DNA from: Lama guanicoe
Lineage: Eukaryota
NCBI GenBank assembly: GCA_013239625.1
Contig: MU054391.1
Location: 2,075,130-2,139,129, forward strand
Length of the DNA: 64,000 bases
Direction of reading: 5' to 3'
Below the pieces are notes generated by a model that did not search any database, was not told the DNA's origin, and saw only the letters and a program-made list of their open reading frames with translations. Numbering within the stretch: the first letter of the stretch is position 1; the number at the start of each line of letters is the position of its first letter. The position numbers and the translations under genes are program-made. Positions 53,331 through 64,000 of this stretch are shown piece by piece.

Positions 53331-55231
53331 ACATAATTTTTTTTTCTAGAAGATACAAATATTTTAAAGTCTAACATAAGCACAATCTTTTAGGCAGTTA
53401 AAGTATTTCTTTGCTGTCCTTTCTTGAAATAATTGTATTCATCATGCATGTTGCTGCTGGAGCAGCGGCCCCATGGCTGCAGGTCTGTGTGCTGGTATCT
53501 GTTCTAAAGTCCAGGTTTCATACTCTGTCATTGTGAACTCCCGGGCACATACTCAAGTTTTTCATAAATTGACTGTGTCCTCCAGAGACAGGCATTTGTC
53601 CCATGGTGTTTCAGCTCAGGACTCAGCCTCCCTCGAATGGCCTTCCTCCTCCTCCTCCTCCCGTCCCGGTCAGACCAGTTTTCCTCCCGACATGGCTCTT
53701 CTTTTCCATGCAGGGTGAGGGGGCATTCCAGACCGGCCCTCTGCAGGGCGGCGGGCCCTCAGGTTATTTAGCTTGACTCGTGTATGTGTTTGGTTGCTGG
53801 TTTTTGACTACATTTGATATCCTTCTGGTCTGGAAAGTTCTCAGAGTAGGGGAACACAGGCTCCCCGCTGTGGACTGATAAACATAAGGCACTTCGTGTG
53901 CTGTTTGCACAACTGGTCTTTTGCAAGCACTTGCTTCTGAGTTTTGACCTATTTATACCCTAAGACACTCTTTAAGAATTGAACGCAGACCTCCAAGGAG
54001 CCTTGGTCTAGGCCGAGAGGCCGACCCGCCAGAGGTCATAGACTACATTCAGATCACAGGTTGAACGGGTTGGGTGTTCTGGCTTCTAAGAGACTAGGAT
54101 TGGTACGAAGTTCACAGATTACTGGCCTGTGATTAGCGAGTGGTTGCAGTTAACGAGGGAGTTATTAATTGAATGCTTTCATTTTCTCTGGTTTTCTTTA
54201 TTCAATCCCATCCCCCCAGCATTTGTTGAGTGTGCTTTTATTCACAACATCCCAAGTGACTAGGGTATAGACATAAGACAGAGGCCTTAAAAACAAGACA
54301 AAGAAAAGGAATCAAAACTTAGGTGGGGAGACGGAGACATAGAAGACGAGAACTCACAGCCCGGGGCCCTGAGCTGTGCCGCCTCACAGGAGACGGAGGG
54401 TCTATCCCACTGTGCGCCGACCCTCACGTGAGCCTGGGAGGCGGCCTGGGAGTGCCCGGCTGCCTGTTTCAAGGAGGAGGCAGCGAACATCCAGAGACCT
54501 CCAGGGAGCAGGCCACACAGTCCCCCTGGAGACGGAGGAGGACTTCCTCCGGGTCCTCTGACACCTGCTGCGGTTGTTGAAGCCACATCTGTGTGAGGCG
54601 GCTTCCTGTGGGGGCATCAGGCCCGACCGGACGTCTGGTCTCCTTCTTCCCAGCTGCCCCTTCCTGCAGCTTCGTCCCTTTCACTGATGGTCGTAAATGG
54701 ACCACTGAGTGGGGAGGGGCGAGGAGGCCCTGGTGGGGGGCTGTGCCACGGCAGGTGGCACCCAGCACCCCAGTCCGCCTTCCAGGAGAGGCCAGGGAAG
54801 GAGGGAGAACGGAGCTCCGGTCCACTCGAAGCAGCAGAGCGTGCCGGCTGTTGCAGGCGGGGAGGCGGCTGGCTGCTCAGGGGGGCGTCGTTACATACAG
54901 GGTAGGACATACAGTTTTTCCCATTTCAAAAGACGGAACACAATTCCTTTAAATTCAAAATGCCTTCTGTGCCTCACTTAACAGAATCAAATTGGCAAAA
55001 CGTTTATTTAAGACATCCGAGCTCATCTGAGCACTTGGAGGAAATCCGCTCAGGACTCAGTGCCCTGCTCACGCCTGCAGGACCCGGGGCTCTAGGTAAG
55101 TCCGTTCCCGTTTCATTTTGAACAATTAATGCAGTGCTTTGGACTCAATTAAAGAAAGACACTCTTCAGCATATGCTATTATTTAATAACGTGGCAATGA
55201 CATAGCCAGGAGAAGGAGAATGAAGACCCAG

Positions 55232-55856
55232 TGAGGCAGGAGGGGCAGGGCACAGCCATGCAGGGGGTGCCATGGCAATTAGCACCAGAATGGTGGAAGA
55301 TTCAACCCCCGGGGGGCCTTGAGGCTCAGGATGGTGGGAGATTTGACTTCTAGCAGATCTCGAGCTTCATTATATGCTTATTGTAATATAAGCATGGTGA
55401 ATTCCATGCCCACAGGCACCGCGCAGTCCCCAGGCTGGCTGCAGAAGGGCGGAGTGGGGAATGGCCAACCTCCTGGGAACCCCGGCCCCTTCCCCGACTG
55501 CTTAGACTGGCCCTTCCATGTATTAGCACATGAAGCCACTGAGCCCCAAAAAACTGGCAACACGGTGCCTCAAGGCTGCCGCCCCCTCTCTCCCCCTCTT
55601 TGGAGACGGCCCACAGTCTGTCTATGGAGTGTGTACCTGCTTTTAATCTGAGCACCCACCCCCACACCTTGTGGCCTTCCTCTTGCCCTTCAGTGTATCT
55701 CTCTGAATAAATCTACCTTCACTCAGCTGTGGCCTAGCTCTTGAATTCTTTCCTACGTGAAGCCAAGGACCCACGCTTGGCGGGGCACGTCCCAGGGGCT
55801 CAGCCGAAGCCTGGGACGCGGCCCTCCTCACTCCCCATGTCTGTTCTCCTGCGTCA
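55232..55856 (+). mobile_element. Solo ERV (class I-like) LTR, 625 bp
   Basis: Terminal inverted repeats TGAGGCAGGAG...CTCCTGCGTCA (10/11); AATAAA at 55706-55711; U5-like 'ctcttgaattctttcct..gtgaagccaagga'; CAG on both flanks. Confidence 0.85.
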
Positions 55857-58800
55857 CAGGCTTGGTTATTTTCTGGATGTGCAGAAACTGTGTTTCAAGA
55901 TACACGGGGTGAGAGGTATGTCCGTTCACTCTGTGATACCTGCAAACTTCTCTGCCTTTTCTTGAGGAACTTACATGATTCTCAGAAATTTAAGTGTTTA
56001 TATAATAAGTAAAGGCTAACCCCCCCCTTTCAGTCCTTGACACTTTCCCAAAGCTGTTATCACCAGTTTTCCGAGGTTTTAAACTTTATTCAAGGAAGCT
56101 CCCCATTTCTGATTCCTGTGTCCCTGGAGCAAGGATGTGCAGACACACTGCTTCCCCTCCCAGCCCGCTCGCAGGAACGGTTTACCGCATACTCCCGGTT
56201 TTACGTGATTCAACAGCCATGTGTTTTTGCCGAGACATGTAATTCTGAGTCTGGTTTCTAATTTACTATTTTCTTAGCTGTTAAAATGCCAAGAAAGAAA
56301 TGGAAGGAGGGAAGGGAGGAAGGATGGAAGAAAAATTTAAGTTGCTGATGGTGAACAAATACAATAATTTAAAAATAAAATTTTAAATTGAAAGCCACAA
56401 ATTAAAAATACTCAATATTAAATATTTTCAATGCTTCACCTTAGATTTTCCATTAAGATACGTGGCTGTGGAGGCTGCGGAAAAAGGAGATCGTTGATTT
56501 AACTGTGAGAAGTTCTGGGGCATTTCTTGGTAGAGGTTTTGAAGGATGGCGGAAGGTACTCTAGGCAGGTAAGAACAGGGGTCAGTTTCCAAGGACAGGG
56601 CCTGGCACGTCACTTCCAACTCCCCAAACTCAGGATGCTGCTCAGAATTTACGTTAAAAGGCCAAGAGGGAGACGCCTTAAAGATGTAAGCTCACATACA
56701 AACCGGCATCTTTTAATCAGCACTGAAGCAGATTCCTTCTAATTATTGTAAGACTTTTATAAGTGACTTGCTTTATGCTCGTCCTAGCTTTTCTAGGAAA
56801 AAGGAATCTGTGTCCCCCAGTATATACACTTGGAGGAGGTGTAAGGGCGAAGAGGGGCATCTGAGTTCCTCTGTGCAGCACTGTTGCTAGTCACCATGTT
56901 TCAGCTTCCAGAAAACGAAATGCGTGCGGTTACAACTCTCTGACTCTTCACCCCACTGAGGATTATATTTTAACTTTTCAGGGAGAAAACTTGAAAAACA
57001 AACAACTTCTTTGTGGCTAAACAGCATGACGGGGTGCTTGCTCTGAGTGCGCCGTTTGTAAATCCCTATCTGATGATCAAACTGATCAAGCAGAATTAGG
57101 ATTTTCTTCCTATTCGAATATTTAAGCATGCAACATTTTCTTTCAAAGAACTGATTTTGGGGCAAAAGCCTTACAGTTTTTGTTTCTTTGTCACAGTCCC
57201 TCAAAGTTTAGGTTGTAATGAATCATTTCCAGACAACTCAAATCCCAAAGCCAATAAAGTGAACTGGAGATGGAGTTTTGGATCCTGTCTCTGGCTCTGT
57301 CTCAATAAGTACAACTTTAAAACCTCACGAGTCACTGGTTTGGAGTCCCAGCACGCTCTTGAGGTGCCTTAGCTGGTGGAGGTAGACCTGGAAGCAGGGC
57401 CGACCGCCCTCAGGGGCGCCCGGCGTCCTTTCTGAGGGCGCACTAGGAGTGTATTTAAAATTCAGCAGGCCACTCAGCCCAGACACTTGCAGAGCCTTTG
57501 CCGAGAAACTCCCTCCAGCTTAGCTGTTTGAATCAATGCCGATGCGCAGATTAAACTGTAACGCTCGTTGTTAAGATCGTTCCAGTGACACTGACCCGTG
57601 CAGGCGATTGACAGAGATGCTTCCGAACGCAGGAGGTGAACGTGTGCGCTTTTATTGTGTGAAAGTGAAGTTCTCGATTTGTGGAGGCGGGCGGGAGGCG
57701 TAGCTGGACCACGTGGGCAGCGAGTCTAGGCGCCTCTCCCCTAACACGGGTGCAGGCTCACAGTCCACGTCGGTGACGCGGGAGGAAGAGGCGGCGTGTT
57801 GCTCCCCGCCCGACGCCCACCCCGCCTTGGGTGGCAGAGCGCCAGCCTCCCTCGCTGCTGCGCTCACCGTGAGCCAGCTCTGACCAGGAGCTGTGAAAGG
57901 AGCCTGTGGTGTCTCCGGGAAGCTCTCCTCCAAGGGAGGGGCTGTGCCTCTCTGTGCTGCCTTTGGCCCGGAACCCGGTCCCAGCTCAAGTCTCTGCAGC
58001 CGCCTCGGACAACAGAGACAAGGGCACGTTTCAGAAGTGGCCCAGCAGTGAGATCCGGGGCCTGGTCCTTCAGGGCCACGCGTCGTAGACGTGCTGACCG
58101 CCTAACTCTGAATTCTTTCATTTGAGAGGAAAATGAGCTTGTCTGTTGTTTGTGGCCCTGTTACAGGCTGGCTGCCCCACGCAGCCAGCTACTAACTTAG
58201 ATGACTGGATGGATGGGTTTGTCGAGGCCCCGGGCTGAGGTTCACTGAGACGGTGGTTGAAGAGCTGGGAGTCAGAGCGTTTAGTGCCTTTTAGTGGGTG
58301 CATTTCCCTGGCGTTTGGAAACAGCAGAACTCACCCCAAGCTCCTGCTGCTCTCACCACTGGCTTCATGTTGTTTATTATTCTTTTCTGAGTAAGTGATC
58401 TATCCTCATGACTCTCAGTCTCCTAATCTGTAAAATGGGGTAATAATGCCATGCTGCAGGGCTGTGTGAGTGACACCCGACACGGCGCTGCTGAAAAGAT
58501 GTCTCCTCACTCACATCCTTGTCGTGTGGTGACGGTGCCTGTGTCAGCATGTCCCCGCCCACACGTCCCCGAGAGAGCGTCCCGGATTCCTTGAGCTGTA
58601 AGCGCACAGCTCTGGCTGTGCAGCCTTCGTGTATGTGCTGCTGCTCTGAGTCTCTGGGACAGCGGAAGCCTCTCTCTCCTCAGTTGTCACTTGGAGCCAG
58701 GTACTTGAAAGACATTTCTCTAAAAAAAACAGTATCGGCAGCTCCAGTGATCATCCGAGAAGCCAAACCACAGCGTGCGTCCCGAGTCCCCAGGGTCTGC

Positions 58801-60694
58801 TCCTCCGTCTTGAATGTAGTGAAGGGTGTGCTCAAAGGCCATGCAGAGGCAGGAGAGTGTCACGGGCCTGAATGAATGAGTGTCTCGTTCAGACGAGACG
58901 GTGGCCCAGACCGGTCGGGGTGGGCGGACAGGGTGGCTGGCTGGGCCCAGGGCCACGCTCAGGGGCATGGGCGGGGGGAGGGGGCCAGTGGAGGGCCGGC
59001 GGGTAGCAGTGGGCCTGTGTTTCTGCTAAGGGCTTAAAACGCCTTCTCCTCCGCTGCCTGGGGCAGCGGCGCCGCCATGTTTCTGTGAGAATCATCAGGT
59101 GGAGCAAGAGCCGGACGTGAGGTTCCTGCTGTGAGATGTGAGGGTTGGTGACGGCTTCTGTGACATGCCACGTGCACCGGTCAGTCCGACGGGCTCGTGT
59201 TGTCTCTGCGGGAGCATTTAGCCCTGTCCCCCTCCCTCAGCACCTCCCTCCTCCGCTACACACACACGTACACATACCATGCAACACAAGTACACAATAC
59301 GCATTTACGTGTGCACAGGACACACACGCACACGCATGTGCATATCACACATGGGCACACCCTCCGCGCATGCTCGCGTTTTGCCCTGAACTTGGGGTCT
59401 CAGTCCACCCTCGCCGCCGCTGCTGAGCTGCCCTCGTGTCCTGTCATCGCCCTGGGATGACGCTTTCCTGCTTGTCTGCTTGCACATCTGTCTTTCCGAC
59501 TAGAGTGTGAGTGTCCTGCAGACGGGGATGGAGGCCCTTGCGGTTCTGTGTCTCTGAGCCCGGCCCGCCGAGGCGCCTGGCATGCACGGGGTCGGCGCCA
59601 AGGGGGCGGAGAGTGCTCCGTGGGCAGACGGTGGCCTCGGGCCCTGGGGGCAGGGCAGGCCCTCCTTGTGGCATTCGGCAGTCTCTCAGGAGTGTCTAAG
59701 AAGTGTTTTCGTGCCGAATTCCTGTCTTTCCAAGCTGCGAGCAAGAGAGGAAGACAGACTGTAGGGGGACTCCACCCGCGAGAGGCAGAAGATGTGAACT
59801 TTCCAAAATGAATATTCACCCTTGGTTTCCCTAAGGATTTCCTAGTGCCTCCTGACCTGCTCACTTTAAGATTTCACGTTAAGTGAAAGTTGGTGTTACT
59901 TTTACAAGAGGGTGATTTTACACAAAACCAATTTGCTTAAGACAGTTTCTCCAATGTTCTAAGTTTATGGTGGTAGGTATTCTATTTTGCTTTTTATTTT
60001 ATTTTAATTTTTTAAAAAGTGTCTGACCTCCTCCCATTGCAAATTAAACAGCCGGTCTGACAGGGTTGGCAGCCTTTTGCAATTTCTGATTGAGCAGAAG
60101 ATGGAAGAGAAATTGCACCGGTCTGATTTATACCACAACTGCTACCAGTAAGAGGACCACTCAGAGCCTTGCCCGAGCAAAGCTGCTCACGGCTGCAGGA
60201 AAGGCAGGAGGAGGCAGTGGTGAGGTGGGAGCCACGTGCACGGGGAGGGACTGTGTCCGGTTCTGCAACAACTAAACCTGGGCTGAGGAGGCCCCACCCT
60301 GGGAAGCGGTGTGTGAAGGCCTTAGATGGTCTGGATTCATATTTCATTTGCTTTCTCTCAGATGAGGATAATTTTTTTCATGTTCAAGTTACATATGCGT
60401 ATGGAAAATAAGACGCCTTTTAAGAAGATGCGTGGCCTATGGAGATGAATTTTAAACCTTTGCAGGAACTGTGGCTGGAAGGCTTGGCACCGTGTTTGGC
60501 TGTGAGCTCTGCTGGTTCTGAGGACCCATTGACCTCAAATGGCTTCACAGAAATAACTGGTATGATTAGTCTCATTTTCTCCCACCATTTTACGTTAAAC
60601 ATACTCTGCTATGTTATACATTTTTGTGTGTCTTTCATTATGTGGTCCACTGTTTAACTTTTTACAGTTGGTATTTTTTTAAAGACCTAACTGA

Positions 60695-62443
60695 AGAAAC
60701 CAATGGCTCAATGATGAAATCAAGGAGGAAATTAAACAATGCCTTGACAAATGACAATGAAAACGCAAACATACAAGAATCTATGGGATGCAGCAAAATC
60801 AGTCCTCAGAGGGAAGTTCATAGTGATACAGGCCTTCTTCAAAAAAATAAGAAAAATCTCAGATAAACAACCTAAACTACCACCTAAAAGAATCAGAGAA
60901 AGAAGAACAAACAACACCTAAAGTCAGTAGGAGGGAGGAAGTAACACAGATCAGAGAGGGAATAAGCAAAAGAGAGATTTAAAAAAACCGAAAAATCAAT
61001 GAAACCAAAGCACTGATTCTTTGAAAGGATAAACGAAATTGACAAACCTCTGGCCAGGCTCATCAGGGAGAGAAGAGAGAGGACACAAATACCTGAGAAA
61101 TTGAAAGGGGAGACATAACAGCTGACACTGCAGAAATGCAGCAGACCAGACAGAACGCTGTGAACAGGCACACACCAGCACGCCGGGCAGCCCAGAGGGG
61201 ATGGGCAGGTCTCCAGAAACATACAGTCCTTCAGAACTCGATCAAGAAGAAACAGACAATGTGAGCAGAAGGATCATTAGAAGTGAAATAGAATCTGTCA
61301 AAACAAATAAACAGACAGACCAACTCCCTGCAAACAGAAGTCCCGGGCAAATGGCTTCATCGGGGAATTCTACCAAACATACAGAAAAGAACTTGCACTG
61401 ATTCTGCTCAAACTCTTCCTGACGGCTGGAGAAAAAGGAACACTCCCAAAGTCATTCTCGGAAGCCTCCATCACACTGATACCAAAATCAGACAAAGACA
61501 CTACCAAAAAAGAAAATTACAGGCCAATATCTTTGGTGAGTATAGATGCAAAGATTCTCAACAAAATATTAACAAACAGAATCCAGCAACACATGGAAAA
61601 AGATCATACACCACAATCAAGTTGAATTCACCCCAGGGTTACAAGCATGGCTCAACATATGTAAACCAATGTGAAAGGAAAGACAAAAACCACATGATTA
61701 TCTCAACAGACACAGAAAAATCAATAAACTTCAATATCCATTCATAATAAAACTCTTACCAAAGTGGGTATAGAAGGAACATATCTCAACAGAATAAAAA
61801 CTACATATGACAAACCCACAGCTAACCTAGGACTCAATGGAGAGAAACTGAAAGCCGTCCCACAGACATCTGGGAGAAGGCAAGGGTACCCACTCCCGTG
61901 ACTTCCATTCAACATAGCATTGGAAATCCTTGCCACGGCAATCAGACAAGAAAATAAATAGCAGGTATCTGAATCGGAAGGGAAGAGGTAAAATTGTCAC
62001 TATATGCAGATGACGTGGTGCTAAAGATATAAAACCCTGAAGACTCTACACAAAAACTAATAGAACTGAAACATGGATTCAGCAAGGTAGCAGGACACAA
62101 GACTAGTGTGCAGAAATCGGTTTCACTTCTTTATACTAACAATGAAATAGCAAAAGGAAAGCGAAAAGAATCCCTTTTAAAGTTGCATCAAAAATAGTTG
62201 GGGATAAACCTGATCAGGGAGGTGAAAGATATTTTATATATATTTATATATATATATATATCACATATATGTACACACACATATATATTACATATATGTC
62301 ACATGTATATGTACATTACACATACATTACATATATATAAAAATATTGCATATCTATGTAATTTATATATACGTAACAGGATCACTTTGCTGTACACCAG
62401 AAACAAACACAACATTGTAAATCAACTCTACTTCAATATAAAG
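60695..62443 (+). mobile_element. LINE-1 ORF2 fragment (linker plus reverse transcriptase, disrupted) joined to a 3' end via an AT-rich microsatellite
   Basis: RT motifs 'RQGYPL' (~61878) and YADD (TATGCAGATGAC 62003-62014); 'aaagaaaattacaggccaatatc'; 3' terminus 62380-62440; degraded TSD 60682-60694 / 62444-62456. Confidence 0.9.
62230..62375. repeat. (TA)/(TACA)-rich low-complexity tract
   Basis: Read directly. Confidence 0.85.
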
Positions 62444-62449
62444 AAGGCG

Positions 62450-63450
62450 TAATTGAGGTAAATACATAATAAACGACACAACTCAAGCTGTAAAACTTGA
62501 TGTTTTAGCGTATTTATACAACAGAGTCATTAGCACCACAGTCAAGATACTGAACATCCATCTGCCCCACTTTCTTGCCGTCCCTCCTTGCAGACCCTCC
62601 TGCATCCTCAGGCACCTTCTGACGTGTTTCTGTTTCCAAGAGTCGTCTGCACATGATGCATCCACGTGGGACGCTCTCCCTCTGGGCTGGGGAAAGGGTC
62701 TCTTCCTCCACTGGGTTTCATTCTTGCAGATCCGTGCACGTTGCTGCATTCATCATTATTTCATTTTCTTTTTTTAATTATGAGAAGTATTGGCTGTATG
62801 GATACACCACAGTTTGTGTACCTGTTCACCTTTTGTTAGGCAGTCTAGTGGTTTCCAGCTTTGAACTGTTACCAACAAAGCGGTTATGAATGTGATGTAC
62901 AAGTTTTACATGAGTAAGCGTTTTCACTTATCTTGGGTAAAAACAAACACTCAGCAAACAAAAAAGAATGGAATGGGTTTTTCACACGACAGGAAAGTGT
63001 TTCCTTAAGAACGCGCCCTGCTGTGCTCCCCGTCTGTGCCCGACCGCGGGCGCACCAGCCTTGCGGAGGGCTGGTCTGCGGCTCGGGCAGTGTTCTGTGT
63101 TGCCCTTCCCTCCCTTTCTCCTTCGGATTTTAGCCTTTCTCAGAGGTGTAGGGTTCTATCACACTGCTTTTCAACTTGTGCGTTTTCGAAGACAAATGAT
63201 GTTGTACATCTTTTTATATGCTTCTTTGTAACCAGTACATCTTCTTTCGTGAAGTGTGGGTTCGAATGTGTCACTCTTTTTTCCACTGACATTTGTCTTC
63301 TTAACCGAGTTCTGGGAATTCTCTATATATGATAGATACATGTCCTTTGTCAGAAACATGTGATTTACAAACACTTTCTAAGAGTCTGAGGCTTGTTTTT
63401 CATTCTCTTCACAGAATCACTCAAAGAACAGATGTTTTTAACTTTGATGA
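62450..63450 (-). mobile_element. Ancient LINE-1 (L1MB/ME-like) 3' region
   Basis: Antisense phrases 'caccacagtcaagatactgaacat', 'tatggatacaccacagttt', 'acaaatgatgttgtacatctttt', 'acatcttctttcgtgaagtgt'. Confidence 0.7.
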
Positions 63451-63931
63451 GGTCCACAGGATAGAAAGGGCTGACTGAGAATAAATCCTAAATGGGAACC
63501 ACAAATTCCGGCTGTGGGAAATGCGCCTGTCTGCTTGAAAACTGGGGTCAGCTGTAACCCCAGACAGTCAGCCTCAGACAGGCTGATAGCCAAGCACCGC
63601 TGTTCATTTTCCCCCATCATACTAACTCCAAATGGGCCATGTGAGCCACAGCTCCAAGGGCCTTGCACGCTTCATGGTTTGGGAACTAAATTCAGGACAC
63701 CCAGCTACCACTGTGAAATGATACAGAAACTATGAGACACTGAGATGATTCTGACACCATTTCAAATCACAGGAACATGTGCTATCTGAGCCTGGGAAAC
63801 AAACCAAGCGAATGTGTGACGTTACAGCAGTAAGCTACGCTAAGACATTTCAAAAATAAAAAATACAATGTAATCCTTACACGATGACAAATTAGAAATT
63901 AGTTTGGTTTTCGGCTTTTGTGAATACTTAA

Positions 63932-63994
63932 TCTCTCTTTCTTCCTTCCTTCCTTCCTTCCTCTTTTCTTTCTTTCTTTGTTTTTCTTTCCTTC
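63932..63994. repeat. (TTCC)/(TTTC) simple repeat
   Basis: Read directly. Confidence 0.85.
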
Positions 63995-64000
63995 AACAAA

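Noticed and set aside
57405..57440. 9-bp inverted repeat CGCCCTCAG/CTGAGGGCG
   Set aside because: Short GC-rich hairpins are expected by chance in 64 kb
60362..60559. Exon-like segment (CTCTCAG acceptor, CTG|GTATGA donor)
   Set aside because: Stops in all frames from the acceptor and a modest donor; not distinguishable from a pseudo-exon
60695..62230. Reverse transcriptase motifs (YADD) as a possible active or novel RT system
   Set aside because: Ordinary dead L1 ORF2 with stops and frameshifts, no 5' UTR, ORF1 or C-terminus
1..64000. CRISPR arrays, operons, rRNA/snRNA genes or other prokaryote-type systems; enrichment of CRX/OTX TAATCC sites
   Set aside because: No spaced repeat arrays or structural RNA genes seen in this mammalian DNA; TAATCC/GGATTA occurrences did not look above chance

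Overview
This is mammalian, repeat-rich, mostly non-coding DNA, most likely from a camelid (camel/alpaca/llama). The taxon call rests on a Vic-1-like tRNA-derived SINE at 35.6 kb and several copies of one young LINE-1 subfamily whose 3' UTR I associate with camelids. I recognise no host protein-coding gene. Nearly all entries in the ORF track are LINE-1 ORF2 debris or chance ORFs in GC-rich sequence. The window holds three promoter-like CpG islands (about 5.3-5.8, 9.4-10.6 and 26.2-26.9 kb), many LINE-1 fragments (two 5'-inverted with clear target-site duplications), MaLR/ERVL/ERV1 LTRs, MER58/Tigger DNA transposons, MIR/L2 relics and microsatellites. Several + strand exon-like segments suggest the 5' region or first introns of an unidentified gene or lncRNA. 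The most notable signal is a set of short patches where AT-rich repeats have been rewritten A/T->G/C, including an ancient L1MC 3' UTR turned into a CpG island at 43.7-44.0 kb. This is the expected footprint of GC-biased gene conversion at recombination hotspots. Also notable are an 18-bp-stem hairpin with MARE-like motifs in the first island and an inverted pair of young L1s bracketing the second island. I cannot demonstrate a genuinely new biological system from sequence alone. Repeat family names come from remembered consensus sequences, and most boundaries are approximate.
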